The position numbers and the translations under genes were made by a program. Shown in pieces: positions 50,592 through 59,993 of a stretch of 64,000 nt of DNA (its first letter is position 1; each line of letters starts with the position of its first letter). The stretch comes from Pirellula sp. (GTDB taxonomy: Bacteria; Planctomycetota; Planctomycetia; Pirellulales; Pirellulaceae), in NCBI GenBank assembly GCA_031424235.1, contig JANPHB010000209.1:33608-97607 (forward strand), in the 5' to 3' direction. The notes below the pieces were generated by a model that saw only the letters and a program-made list of their open reading frames with translations, did no database searches and was not told the DNA's origin.

Positions 50592-53500
50592 ATGCTTCCA
50601 TTCGTGTCGGTGGGTTGTTCAGTGCAAATCGAAGACTACACTCTGGGTCGGCCGCTTACTAGCTCGGAACGCTTCCAAGAATACTACGCGACCAAGAGGG
50701 GCAAGCCTTTTCGGCTCATTCGATGGCTGAACCCGGAGTCGGGAACGGTTGAATGCGTAAATCGTGCGGTTCTCGTCTCCCACCAGAATGTCCTTTCGAT
50801 TTCAATCGTTGAGAACCACAGCGATGCCCTGATTACCTCCACCCCGTACGTTCATCAACAGCATTTTGATGTTCGACAGCCTAATGCCAATGAGCTACCG
50901 ATGATTCTGCTCAAGGTCGCACAAGCGCTCAGTGCATCGCATCAAATCGGGATCGCTCACGGCGCATTGCTTCCGTCGAAAGTCTATTGGACGGATTCCA
51001 GCTCGTTTGCTCCCGTTGCGACGAACACCAACGTGATGATCGATCTACTAGATGGCGAACTCTCCCGAGCATCTTTGGATGCTCGCATCGGTGCCTTCTC
51101 GCTTGCTGAGGATGTCTGTGCATTCGGGACGTTTCTGCAGACTATTTGTAACAGAACTCCTGCACTCATGAATTCGATAAGCCCTTTCCAATCGCTGATC
51201 GTGCGTATGGTGCATTCCGATTGGCTGGAACGCCCAACTATGGATGAAGTGGCTGACCGGTTGGCAGAGTCCATTCGTCCACCTACTTCTATTTCTTTCG
51301 TATCTTCGGGCGTATCCAATTCGAAACTCATCGGATCCGATTCTAGTTTTGAGGATTCTGCGAACGATGCGACTCAAGCAATTTCCGCAAACGAAGCTGA
51401 GTCGATAGCCAAAGAACGGATGGTTCCAGAGCACTTGCCGGAGATAGGTCGCTTTGTCATCGAACGCACGCTAGGCGAAGGGGGCATGGGAGCTGTCTAC
51501 CTAGGCCGAGATCGTGGTAGCGACGAACGGGTCGCCATCAAAGTCCTTTCCCAGCGGATGGCCAATGATGAAAAGGCGTCGCGTCGATTTGCTAAAGAAG
51601 CAAGATTGATGTCGACAGTCGACCACCCTGCGATCGCCCGGCTGATCGAATTCAATCGATCCGGAGATACCACTTATTTGGCCATGGAATACGTTCCGGG
51701 CGGCAGCCTCGCAGATTTCACGCGAACGCACCAAAAGCTAAACGAAACCTTGGTTGTTAGCGCTGTTGCGGACGCAGCTCGCGGTCTCAATGTCGCCCAC
51801 CAAATGGGAATGGTGCATCGCGATATCAAACCTGCCAATCTGCTACTGAGTGCCCGCGGCGAGCGTTCCTTTCAATCAGGCGAACTCGATCAGTCTGAAA
51901 GCGAGCCGTTGATCAAAGTCGCTGACTTCGGTTTGGCCAAGAACTTCGATCCCGCCGAGTCCATGGCGATGACTCAAACGGGCATGATCATGGGCACTCC
52001 CTATTACATGGCTCCCGAGCAATGCAGGGGAGAGGAGGTTGGACCGGCAACCGATGTGTATGCTCTCGGTATCACCCTGTTTCAATGCTTATCCGGTCGG
52101 CTTCCCTATCAAGGACAAACGCCGGTTGACATCTTTCGACTGCACTGTGATGCTCCCATCCCCAAGTTGCGATCCGTCGCTGAAACAGTCAGCGATGCAA
52201 TCCAAGAAGTTATCGAAAAATGTTTGGCCAAGAATCCTAATGCTCGTTACCAAAATGCGGGCGAGCTGTTTCAAGACTTAGAGGGATTGCTGACTGGTAC
52301 CAGGACGTCCATTCAATCGCACCCGGCCGTACCCACTCCAAACGCTGCGGGTATTCTCCGTTACCAATTCCAGTGGAAATTGCGTTCCTCAGCGGAATCG
52401 CTTTGGCCATATCTTTCGAACACAGATCGCGTCAATCAAGCCGTTGGCTTGCCCGCTGTTAAGTACAAGACCTTTCAAGATCCTAAGTTGGGAATGAGGC
52501 GAATCGCGACGGTGCGAGCGATGGGCATGACCATGGAGTGGGAGGAGCATCCCTTTGAATGGATCGAAGGTCGACGGCTGAGCGTACTGCGACAATTTCC
52601 CAGCGGTCCGTTTCACTGGTTTACCAACGTCGTTGAGCTCAACCCACAGTCGGACGGAGGAACACTCGTCGTTCAAACGTTGGAGATGATCCCACGCAAT
52701 TTCATGGGCAAGGTGTTTGCCAAATTTCAAATCGGCAATAAATCGGAACGCAACTTCGGACGCGTTTACGAAAAGATCGACGAGTACTTGCAATCCAACT
52801 CGAGCAAAAGTGTCGTCAATGCGTTTGCGGCGACCAAGCTAATGACTCGGGAACAGAAGCGTCGACTGACCGAACGTTTTGATCGAATTCGAGCCAGCAC
52901 TCAGGCCATCGATCCGAAAGTGGTTGATACGCTCGAACAATATCTCGAGTTCGCGAGCGATTTGGACGTTGCTCGATTACGCCCCATTGCGTTAGCGGAA
53001 CGCTTTGAGCTCAAGCCGGAGGAGGTCGTCGAAGTCTGTTTGCTGGCGGCTCGCGAGGGGGCCCTGATCTTGCTTTGGGATATCCTTTGTCCGACTTGTC
53101 GCATTCCATCTGACGTCAAAGAGACCCTCAAGGGACTTGCCGATCATGGTCATTGTGAAGCCTGCAACGCAGACTATGAACTCGATTTCGCAAAGAGTAT
53201 CGAACTGATCTTTCGGGCGCATCCGGAAATACGCGTATCCGAAACGCGAACGTATTGTGTTGGCGGTCCAGCCTTCTCGTCGCATGTCGCAGCGCAATTG
53301 AGGATTCAAGCGGACGAACGCCTCAACGTCCAGTTGCGAATGAGCGATGGGCAATATCGACTTCGGGGCCCTCAGCTGCCCTACGTCATCGATTTTCGGG
53401 TCGCCGCCAATGGGCGAGTCGGACGGTGGGATATCGATCTGGCTCGACCGGCCGCCAAACAGGATGTACCAACATTGCGAAGTGGCGAACAAGTCCTCTC

Positions 53501-54152
53501 GATTTTGAATTCGCTTTCGGATCCAAGACAGATACGCATTGAACGCTTGGCATCGCGGGCCGACGCGCTGACGGCAGCTGACGCAGCTCGACTTCCAGCC
53601 TTTCGGGAGTGGTTTCCCGACGAAGTGCTATCGCCGGGGCAAATGGTTAGCCTTACCACCGTAACGCTACTAGGTTGTCAGATCGCAAATGCGGTTCAGC
53701 TCTACGCGTCGCTTTCCGATCAGGCCGCTTGTGCGCAGATACTCAAGCATTTGCAAAGTATGGCAAGCATTGTCGCAAGCAACAGCGGTTGCGTGATCAA
53801 GACAATGAACGACGGCTTGAACACGGTCTTTCCGAGCACCAGCAATGCGGCTGCGGCAGCAACGCAGATAGCCAAGGCATCGGCTGAGTGGGGAGTCTCG
53901 ATTCGCCAGGCCATCCATCAAGGTTCCGCGATCGTAGCGACGATTAACGATCGCCTGGACTATTTTGGCGAGACACCGCAGTATTTGGAGGAATTGCTTC
54001 GCAGCTCGCAACCGAACGAACTTTGGATGTCGGATCAGAGCTGGAATGATTCGAGCGTGTCCTCAACTTTGCGAGTTGACTGGAATGTCCAAATGGAGCC
54101 GTCGTTATCGAACTGGCCGAAATGGAACATTGTGCGTGCACTTAAGAACTAG
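50592..54152 (+). CDS. Ser/Thr kinase fusion: pseudokinase + kinase + SRPBCC-like + DUF5939-like + degenerate class III cyclase
   Basis: Intact kinase 'GEGGMGAVY/VAIK/HRDIKPAN/DFG/GTPYYMAPE'; 'LSNTDRVNQAVGL...WEEHPFEW'; 'CPTC...HCEAC...YC.GGP'; cyclase-like 'VIKTMNDG...IHQG...LDYFG'. Confidence 0.88.
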   Translation: MLPFVSVGCSVQIEDYTLGRPLTSSERFQEYYATKRGKPFRLIRWLNPESGTVECVNRAVLVSHQNVLSISIVENHSDALITSTPYVHQQHFDVRQPNANELPMILLKVAQALSASHQIGIAHGALLPSKVYWTDSSSFAPVATNTNVMIDLLDGELSRASLDARIGAFSLAEDVCAFGTFLQTICNRTPALMNSISPFQSLIVRMVHSDWLERPTMDEVADRLAESIRPPTSISFVSSGVSNSKLIGSDSSFEDSANDATQAISANEAESIAKERMVPEHLPEIGRFVIERTLGEGGMGAVYLGRDRGSDERVAIKVLSQRMANDEKASRRFAKEARLMSTVDHPAIARLIEFNRSGDTTYLAMEYVPGGSLADFTRTHQKLNETLVVSAVADAARGLNVAHQMGMVHRDIKPANLLLSARGERSFQSGELDQSESEPLIKVADFGLAKNFDPAESMAMTQTGMIMGTPYYMAPEQCRGEEVGPATDVYALGITLFQCLSGRLPYQGQTPVDIFRLHCDAPIPKLRSVAETVSDAIQEVIEKCLAKNPNARYQNAGELFQDLEGLLTGTRTSIQSHPAVPTPNAAGILRYQFQWKLRSSAESLWPYLSNTDRVNQAVGLPAVKYKTFQDPKLGMRRIATVRAMGMTMEWEEHPFEWIEGRRLSVLRQFPSGPFHWFTNVVELNPQSDGGTLVVQTLEMIPRNFMGKVFAKFQIGNKSERNFGRVYEKIDEYLQSNSSKSVVNAFAATKLMTREQKRRLTERFDRIRASTQAIDPKVVDTLEQYLEFASDLDVARLRPIALAERFELKPEEVVEVCLLAAREGALILLWDILCPTCRIPSDVKETLKGLADHGHCEACNADYELDFAKSIELIFRAHPEIRVSETRTYCVGGPAFSSHVAAQLRIQADERLNVQLRMSDGQYRLRGPQLPYVIDFRVAANGRVGRWDIDLARPAAKQDVPTLRSGEQVLSILNSLSDPRQIRIERLASRADALTAADAARLPAFREWFPDEVLSPGQMVSLTTVTLLGCQIANAVQLYASLSDQAACAQILKHLQSMASIVASNSGCVIKTMNDGLNTVFPSTSNAAAAATQIAKASAEWGVSIRQAIHQGSAIVATINDRLDYFGETPQYLEELLRSSQPNELWMSDQSWNDSSVSSTLRVDWNVQMEPSLSNWPKWNIVRALKN

Positions 54153-54228
54153 TGTGATTTGTTTAATGGCAATACCGTTCAATTATTTGTTTAACAGTCA
54201 GCCGAAGGCGTACTGGGTGAGCCGAGGC

Positions 54229-54573
54229 TCAATTCAATCCCATGACACCGTTTAGGTCTTTTCCCACAACGAGTAATATTAGCGCAATGCTGACGAACGG
54301 CAAAAGAAGCGGTAGCGGCGCCAGCGAATAGCGGCGAAGAAAAAAGAGACTCCACGAACCAGCAATTGCCGCCATGCAGGCTAACGGAAGAGTCGCAAGC
54401 GAGCACAGCATCATTGCTGCCTTAGTGCGGAATTGCTGATTGGGATCTTGAACGATGCACACTGACACGATACCGAATAGCAATCCAGAAACGGACAAAA
54501 GAAGGACAACGCCATAGACCAGCGAAACAAGTCCGAGAAATACTTGATAAACTCGTAGAGATGTCAATTGCAT
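54229..54573 (-). CDS. Small 3-TM hypothetical protein
   Basis: 114 aa, three hydrophobic helices; tightly packed behind two same-strand ORFs. Confidence 0.6.
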   Translation of the reverse strand: MQLTSLRVYQVFLGLVSLVYGVVLLLSVSGLLFGIVSVCIVQDPNQQFRTKAAMMLCSLATLPLACMAAIAGSWSLFFLRRYSLAPLPLLLPFVSIALILLVVGKDLNGVMGLN

Positions 54574-54582
54574 CGCAAGTAC

Positions 54583-54960
54583 CTAGGTTGTAGTGGCATC
54601 GACATGCGCGTGCAAAATGTCAACATATAGACCTGTGCTCAGCGTACTATTTCCAGACACGATGCCTTCGACGTGGATTTTCGGATGGTCAGAAGCTGGT
54701 CCGATTACAAAAAACAGCCGACTACTCCGGGCATCGAGTCGATCGTGAGGCGAAAAAACAAGCCTAAGTCGATGGACGGTTCCTTCGATTGCCGCCACAA
54801 TCTGGAACCACTCATCGCGAGGTCGCCAATCTTGGAACTTCCATTTTTCCAAGGTAAGTGAAATCGGCCGGCTTTCGAGTTGACAGAGATCGCGTGTGAT
54901 CTCAATCGGTTTTCGGTCGCCATTGCAGAGCATGATTTCAATTTCGGCTGCCGTTAACAT
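54583..54960 (-). CDS. Hypothetical protein
   Basis: 125 aa; 9-15 bp spacing to its neighbours; GAAGAGAG before the ATG. Confidence 0.55.
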   Translation of the reverse strand: MLTAAEIEIMLCNGDRKPIEITRDLCQLESRPISLTLEKWKFQDWRPRDEWFQIVAAIEGTVHRLRLVFSPHDRLDARSSRLFFVIGPASDHPKIHVEGIVSGNSTLSTGLYVDILHAHVDATTT

Positions 54961-54975
54961 CTCTCTTCGCCGTTC

Positions 54976-55359
54976 TCAAATTTGATCAAAATACATACGC
55001 ACCATCAATTCACCATTCGAGCCATGAGTGTCTAGAGTCGTCCCTAGGTCCAACCATAGCCTTAGCTTGGTCGCACCCGGATCATCTAAGTTAACACCAA
55101 CCCAGGAATAGGTCCCTTGCAGTTCATGAGTTTGTCCGCTCGGCTCCTGCACGTTTAGTGTGAATTCAAATGCGACGCCGGTTCGTACCAAGATCGCCAT
55201 GTTCGGATCGTCGTTTCTGGGGCGTGCACCCGTTAGCCACTGTGGTTCGGATACTACCCGAAACGTCTCCAGTCGTGAACCAGGGACTTGTTGCTGGAGC
55301 ATCCGCTCAACCTCAGTTCGAATCTCGGCAAATGGTTCATCTGCAAGCCACTTAAGCAT
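54976..55359 (-). CDS. Hypothetical soluble protein; 5' end overlaps a MITE terminus
   Basis: Globular-looking sequence from 'DEPFAEIR'. The track's N-terminal residues are translated MITE/REP DNA. Confidence 0.65.
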   Translation of the reverse strand: MLKWLADEPFAEIRTEVERMLQQQVPGSRLETFRVVSEPQWLTGARPRNDDPNMAILVRTGVAFEFTLNVQEPSGQTHELQGTYSWVGVNLDDPGATKLRLWLDLGTTLDTHGSNGELMVRMYFDQI

Positions 55360-55471
55360 TTTCTCCTGCAAAAACAGGCTTTGTGTAGCGAAAGTCGTTA
55401 AGACTTTCGGCTGCATCGTCTAACGACCGAAACTCTTGACGAGTTTCGCTACATAATGCTTCAAAGTGTTG
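55344..55471. mobile_element. 128-bp inverted, partly degenerate copy of the 36283-36411 MITE-like element
   Basis: Its reverse complement aligns end to end with the 36.3 kb copy, including the GTAGCGAAACTCGTCAAGAGTTTCG doublet. No TSD is discernible. Confidence 0.8.
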
Positions 55472-55474
55472 TAA

Positions 55475-56845
55475 CTACAACGACTTAGCCACGGAAGTCC
55501 GATACGCTGCCAAGGCGGGAATAATTCCAGCCAAGATTCCGATTACGATCAGGCCGGGTACGATGAATAGTTCTTCGATCGAATTGATACTCAGGAAATT
55601 GATTCGCACCCCAGTCGCTTGCTCAGTCCAAGCGTTACTCAACGGGCCAACGGCGTGACCTGCAATCCAGCCAATGAAACCACCCACTACGGCAATCAAT
55701 ACGGACTCAACTAAGATGATGGCCGTGATATGATCGCGTGATGCCCCTAATGCTCGCATGACTGCGATATCCCGTTTGCGTTCGCTCATGCTATTGTAGA
55801 TCCCGACCAAGATACTGATTGCACTTACGATGCAAACCAAACTCGTGATCGCAAGGAGCGCCCATTTGATGGGCTTAACGAAAAAGTTCAGTAGGCCACT
55901 AATCACACCGATCGGCGAAACGGCTTGAGCAAACTTCGATTTGTTGACCTGTCTTTGCAGGCCAATCCCTTTCATCCCGTCCGTCTTGATCAAAATCGCA
56001 GTGACTTCTCTCTTCTCAATCGGCAAACGCACCTTCGACAATTTTGTATCACGCTCAGGAGCCGTGGCAGACCCTTTTTCTTCTCGGCCAGCCTCGTCGC
56101 GATTGGGAGCAACGTGCCCTTCTAGCAAGTAGAACCCCTCGATGTTGACAAACGCCCCGCGGTCGTTTGGCGTTCCTGTTGGTTCCAAGATGCCAACAAC
56201 AACAAATCCTTGATCGTGTTTAGCACCGCCGGCGGCTCCGTGCGAAGCAAAGATTTCACTCCCAAGTTCGAGCTTCATTTCGGCCGCGACTTGCGAACCA
56301 ACAACGGCTTCGAAGTAGCCATGCTCGTCCGAATAGTCTACGAAATTGCGACCTTTGGCGAATCGGTAGTCAAGGTCATTGTCATTGCCGTGCTTCAGCA
56401 AATTGAAGTAATCTGGCGTGGTACCAATACATCGAAACGTATCGATGTAGTCACCCATGCAAAGCGGAATCGCAAATCCGCCCTTGATAAGGAAAGAGTA
56501 CAAGCCGCTCCGTTCTGGTTCTTTCAATACTCCCCCGATCCGTTCGTATTCTTTCTGGCGGCCATCGTCCGCCATGTACTCCATGTAATAGGAGTATTGA
56601 ATGTTCTCCACGGGCTGACTCAAAAAAAAGACAGTGTTGAACGTCAATTGAATATCGCTGCCCTTAGCTCCAACGATCAAGTTGTAGCCCACATTGCTAG
56701 TACGGTCGAAGGTCCTTTGGATGACTCCCGATATCGTCAATACAAGTACTACGAGCGCAACCCCCAACGCCATCGATAGCATTGTTAGAGCAGTAGGCAG
56801 TTTGCGATAAGTAAGGTTGCGGACAGCAATGGTAAATAAGTTCAT
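55475..56845 (-). CDS. FtsX/MacB-like ABC permease (ZrgC-like)
   Basis: 'LIVGAKGSDIQL', 'SHG...KH', 'TGTPNDR', 'ERKRDIAVMRALGA'. Confidence 0.88.
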   Translation of the reverse strand: MNLFTIAVRNLTYRKLPTALTMLSMALGVALVVLVLTISGVIQRTFDRTSNVGYNLIVGAKGSDIQLTFNTVFFLSQPVENIQYSYYMEYMADDGRQKEYERIGGVLKEPERSGLYSFLIKGGFAIPLCMGDYIDTFRCIGTTPDYFNLLKHGNDNDLDYRFAKGRNFVDYSDEHGYFEAVVGSQVAAEMKLELGSEIFASHGAAGGAKHDQGFVVVGILEPTGTPNDRGAFVNIEGFYLLEGHVAPNRDEAGREEKGSATAPERDTKLSKVRLPIEKREVTAILIKTDGMKGIGLQRQVNKSKFAQAVSPIGVISGLLNFFVKPIKWALLAITSLVCIVSAISILVGIYNSMSERKRDIAVMRALGASRDHITAIILVESVLIAVVGGFIGWIAGHAVGPLSNAWTEQATGVRINFLSINSIEELFIVPGLIVIGILAGIIPALAAYRTSVAKSL

Positions 56846-56869
56846 CGTTCTGAATCGTTCTAAGTGTTA

Positions 56870-57559
56870 CTATTGTTCCGTGGTTGCGATTCGGTCGGCG
56901 AACGCACGATTGATTTGATCCAGCCGTTCCACACGTCCGAATTGATTTGCGATTTCGTCGCTGTGGGTGACCATCAAGATCGCGACAGATTCCTCGCGAC
57001 AAACATCCTTGATCAAATCGATGATGCGTTTTTGATTTGCAGGATCCACGTTGGCTGTCGGTTCGTCTGCGAGCAAAAGACGAGGCTTGTTAGCTAGTGC
57101 GCGAGCCACTGCCACACGTTGCTGTTGACCGACAGACAGTTGGCTTGGCAAGTAATGCATTCGGTCCGACAATCCAACTTTATTGAGCAACTCCTTGCCC
57201 CGCTCTGCGTTAATCTTTTTGCGAGCGAACGTCATTCCGAGTCGAACATTTTCCAGTGCGGTAAATGCGGGTAGCAAGTTAAAGGTCTGAAAAACGTAGC
57301 CCATCTTGTCCGCCCGAATGCGGTCTCGCCGCGACTCAGAAAATTGTGTCAGCTCCGTTCCGTCCAGACGGATTGAGCCGCTATCGGCGGACACGATTCC
57401 GGAGATGATGTGCAGAAGCGTCGTCTTACCACCGCCGCTTTCACCACGAAGCACGACCTGTTCTGCTTGGGCGATATCGAGTTGTGGAATATCGAGTATC
57501 AGCAGTTTGTTCCCACCAGGTTCTGCGTAGGATTTTTTTAAGTTTCGTATTTCTAGCAT
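56870..57559 (-). CDS. ABC transporter ATP-binding protein (LolD/ZrgB-like)
   Basis: Walker A 'GESGGGKTT', 'FQTFNLL', 'LSVGQQQRVAVARAL', 'ADEPT', 'VTH'. Confidence 0.95.
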   Translation of the reverse strand: MLEIRNLKKSYAEPGGNKLLILDIPQLDIAQAEQVVLRGESGGGKTTLLHIISGIVSADSGSIRLDGTELTQFSESRRDRIRADKMGYVFQTFNLLPAFTALENVRLGMTFARKKINAERGKELLNKVGLSDRMHYLPSQLSVGQQQRVAVARALANKPRLLLADEPTANVDPANQKRIIDLIKDVCREESVAILMVTHSDEIANQFGRVERLDQINRAFADRIATTEQ

Positions 57560-57659
57560 CGACAGTTCGGTGGATGATGTGTTGGGGTGGCTCGTTCAGG
57601 AGTACGAAAGAGAACTAAAATCAGTTCAATGCTCTCGATTCAGACGATTGACTTTGAGA

Positions 57660-58232
57660 TCATGCATTTCGATCGAAACGCTTGCTTTTCATGACCCGAT
57701 CGATTTCGCGACTTGCGTCTGCTTTTTTGAGCGTCTCTCGTTTGTCATGAAGTTTCTTGCCCTTGCACAAGGCAATGACACATTTTGCCTTGCCACGTTC
57801 CGCAAAGTAAACTCGCAACGGGACCATGGTGAGGCCACGTTCTTTGGAGCGACCAACGAATCGCATCAGCTCGCTTTTGTTCAAGAGCAACTTGCGTACG
57901 CGCTTGGTAGCATGGTTCCAAATGGACGCTTGTCGATACTCTTCGATTTCGCAGCCGACCAACCAAAGCTCGCCATCTTTGATACGCGCGTAAGCCTCGT
58001 CAATGGAGCATTTGCCATTTCGAAGACTCTTGACTTCGCTGCCGTGGAGCACCATTCCGCATTCGATGGAGTCCAAAATCTCGTATTGATGTTTGGCTTT
58101 TCGGTTGTCGGTCACCATTTTGTGCGTGACGGTACTCGAAGCCTTTGCCACCGGGACTTTGGCGTCTTTGGGTTTTGCTTTGGTAGGTTTCGGTTTGGTT
58201 GGAGCCGTTTGTTGGGCTTTTTTCTTATTCAA
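57660..58232 (-). CDS. smpB: SsrA-binding protein
   Basis: 'NRKAKHQY', 'G.VL.GSEVKSLR', 'RKLLL', 'GKKLHDKRE'; Lys/Pro-rich N-terminal extension. Confidence 0.96.
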   Translation of the reverse strand: MNKKKAQQTAPTKPKPTKAKPKDAKVPVAKASSTVTHKMVTDNRKAKHQYEILDSIECGMVLHGSEVKSLRNGKCSIDEAYARIKDGELWLVGCEIEEYRQASIWNHATKRVRKLLLNKSELMRFVGRSKERGLTMVPLRVYFAERGKAKCVIALCKGKKLHDKRETLKKADASREIDRVMKSKRFDRNA

Positions 58233-58235
58233 TGG

Positions 58236-59993
58236 CTACCTGCTGACGTTTGCTTTTGGCGAAGCGAGCTCAAAAACCGCAAAACTCTCGTTGAACTCGG
58301 TTGGGGATGGATACAAGATTGGCAGGAGTGGGAGATTCTGTCCAGTGACTCGACGATCTAACAAAACATAGCGGATACCATACTTGGCTTGCAACTCCCA
58401 GAGTTTTTCGGTTGTCAATGGTTGTAGGTTTTTCGCTTTGTCGAATTGGTAAGCATCGGCGCGTCGCGTGTTCCATTCAACCAAGTCTTCGGCGTTTTGG
58501 GGTGCGTCTTTCCAGCAAGCCAGTTCAGGCCGCCCTGTGTGCCACTTAAAAGACTGTTGGCGCCGTGGAGTCAGCCAAAGGGAACCCGGCTCCGAATTCT
58601 CCTTGATCCAATTGCACACACGCAGCCAATCTTGAAATTGTTTTTGTTGAACGCTGTCCAAATCTGTCTTGGCCAATAAATTCGCTTTATCACCAGCCGG
58701 AATCACCTCATTCCAATTGGCTTCAAATCGATACGCCAGCAGGACGATGCCGGGCAAGAATGCACCGCAGCATAGGATCAACCTTGCTAGAACAGGATAC
58801 GGCCGGTATCGAAGCTGCCCAAAACCAAAGGAAACCGCTAACGCACCAATCAGCATTGGCATGGCAACGTCATTCCATCGAAACAAGTAAAATCGTAGAA
58901 ATTTGGACGCGATCGGCTTGGAAAACGAACCAATTCCGTAATCAATCAGCAATCCGACCAGGGCTACAGCAAAACCAAACAGCCCCGCGCCGATCGCAAA
59001 TCGAACTCCGCGCGGCATGCTGCGATCGTCTCGCCAATTGGATCGAATCGTTAACAATAATAGGAAAGCCGCACAGCCTAGCTGGAGCTCAAAATTCTGC
59101 CAGCGAATCGAGTCGAATTTAGACGGAGCGAGATGGTGACCAAGTCGAGTGTAAACTTGCGTTACAGCACTCTTGCTAGCCAGAACAGGGTCGGTTCCCC
59201 AATCGATCGCCACCGCAGGCACCACGCCAACCACAACTCCAACGATGCACCACGCCCAACCGACTCGATGCATAACGATCCATTTCCAAAGTTTCAACCT
59301 TGGTTTCCAGCAATCCAGAGCCAAGGAAACAGACCCAACACAGGCAATCACCCAAATCCCTGTAACCACGTGATAGGCTGCCGAGCCACCCAGCAACGCC
59401 CACGCCAAAGTCCATCTTCGACGAATGGCCATTGCGATCCCACCGAAGATCATCGCGTAGGCGATTCCTTTGGACTCACATCCGCCAACAACCCATTCCC
59501 CCGCCCAATGCCCATAATGCAAACCTGCCAGCCAAACGATGGCCCAACAGCTAGCAACTAAGGGAGCGTCGAAAAGACACTCTCGTGATTCGCCAGCACT
59601 CCCTGTTGCTTCAACGGAATTGCCGAATTTCCAGAGCGATCGTCCGAGAATTGTCCAACCGGCGGCCAAAAATATCCATGTCACAAATCGGCCTGTCCAA
59701 ACTGCCCATGGCAGCGGCATGCAACGTGTGAGGTAGCCGAACGTTGCGAAAAACAGCCAGTGAGCGTCACCTGATTCCAAAAACAAATCACCCCTCCCAA
59801 AATCCCTATTCCAAAAATGGGCGGCCTTGGTCCAGTAATGCGGTTCATTAATGGCCGGAACGTTGCTCCCTGCATAAATAAAGAAAACACAAAAAACGCA
59901 AAGGAAATCGACAAAAGAACCATTCATCCAGCTCGGTTTGCCGAAATCGTTTCCCACCAACTTCTGCTCGGATGATGTTTCTGTCATGGTCAT
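58236..59993 (-). CDS. Polytopic membrane protein, DUF6798-like
   Basis: 'PAINEPHYWTKA', 'WVVGGCESK', 'RLGHHL', 'LFRWND', 'WKDAPQ'. Confidence 0.75.
   Translation of the reverse strand: MTMTETSSEQKLVGNDFGKPSWMNGSFVDFLCVFCVFFIYAGSNVPAINEPHYWTKAAHFWNRDFGRGDLFLESGDAHWLFFATFGYLTRCMPLPWAVWTGRFVTWIFLAAGWTILGRSLWKFGNSVEATGSAGESRECLFDAPLVASCWAIVWLAGLHYGHWAGEWVVGGCESKGIAYAMIFGGIAMAIRRRWTLAWALLGGSAAYHVVTGIWVIACVGSVSLALDCWKPRLKLWKWIVMHRVGWAWCIVGVVVGVVPAVAIDWGTDPVLASKSAVTQVYTRLGHHLAPSKFDSIRWQNFELQLGCAAFLLLLTIRSNWRDDRSMPRGVRFAIGAGLFGFAVALVGLLIDYGIGSFSKPIASKFLRFYLFRWNDVAMPMLIGALAVSFGFGQLRYRPYPVLARLILCCGAFLPGIVLLAYRFEANWNEVIPAGDKANLLAKTDLDSVQQKQFQDWLRVCNWIKENSEPGSLWLTPRRQQSFKWHTGRPELACWKDAPQNAEDLVEWNTRRADAYQFDKAKNLQPLTTEKLWELQAKYGIRYVLLDRRVTGQNLPLLPILYPSPTEFNESFAVFELASPKANVSR

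Noticed and set aside
57570-58361. 263-aa plus-strand ORF
   Set aside because: It is antisense to smpB and has no independent support.
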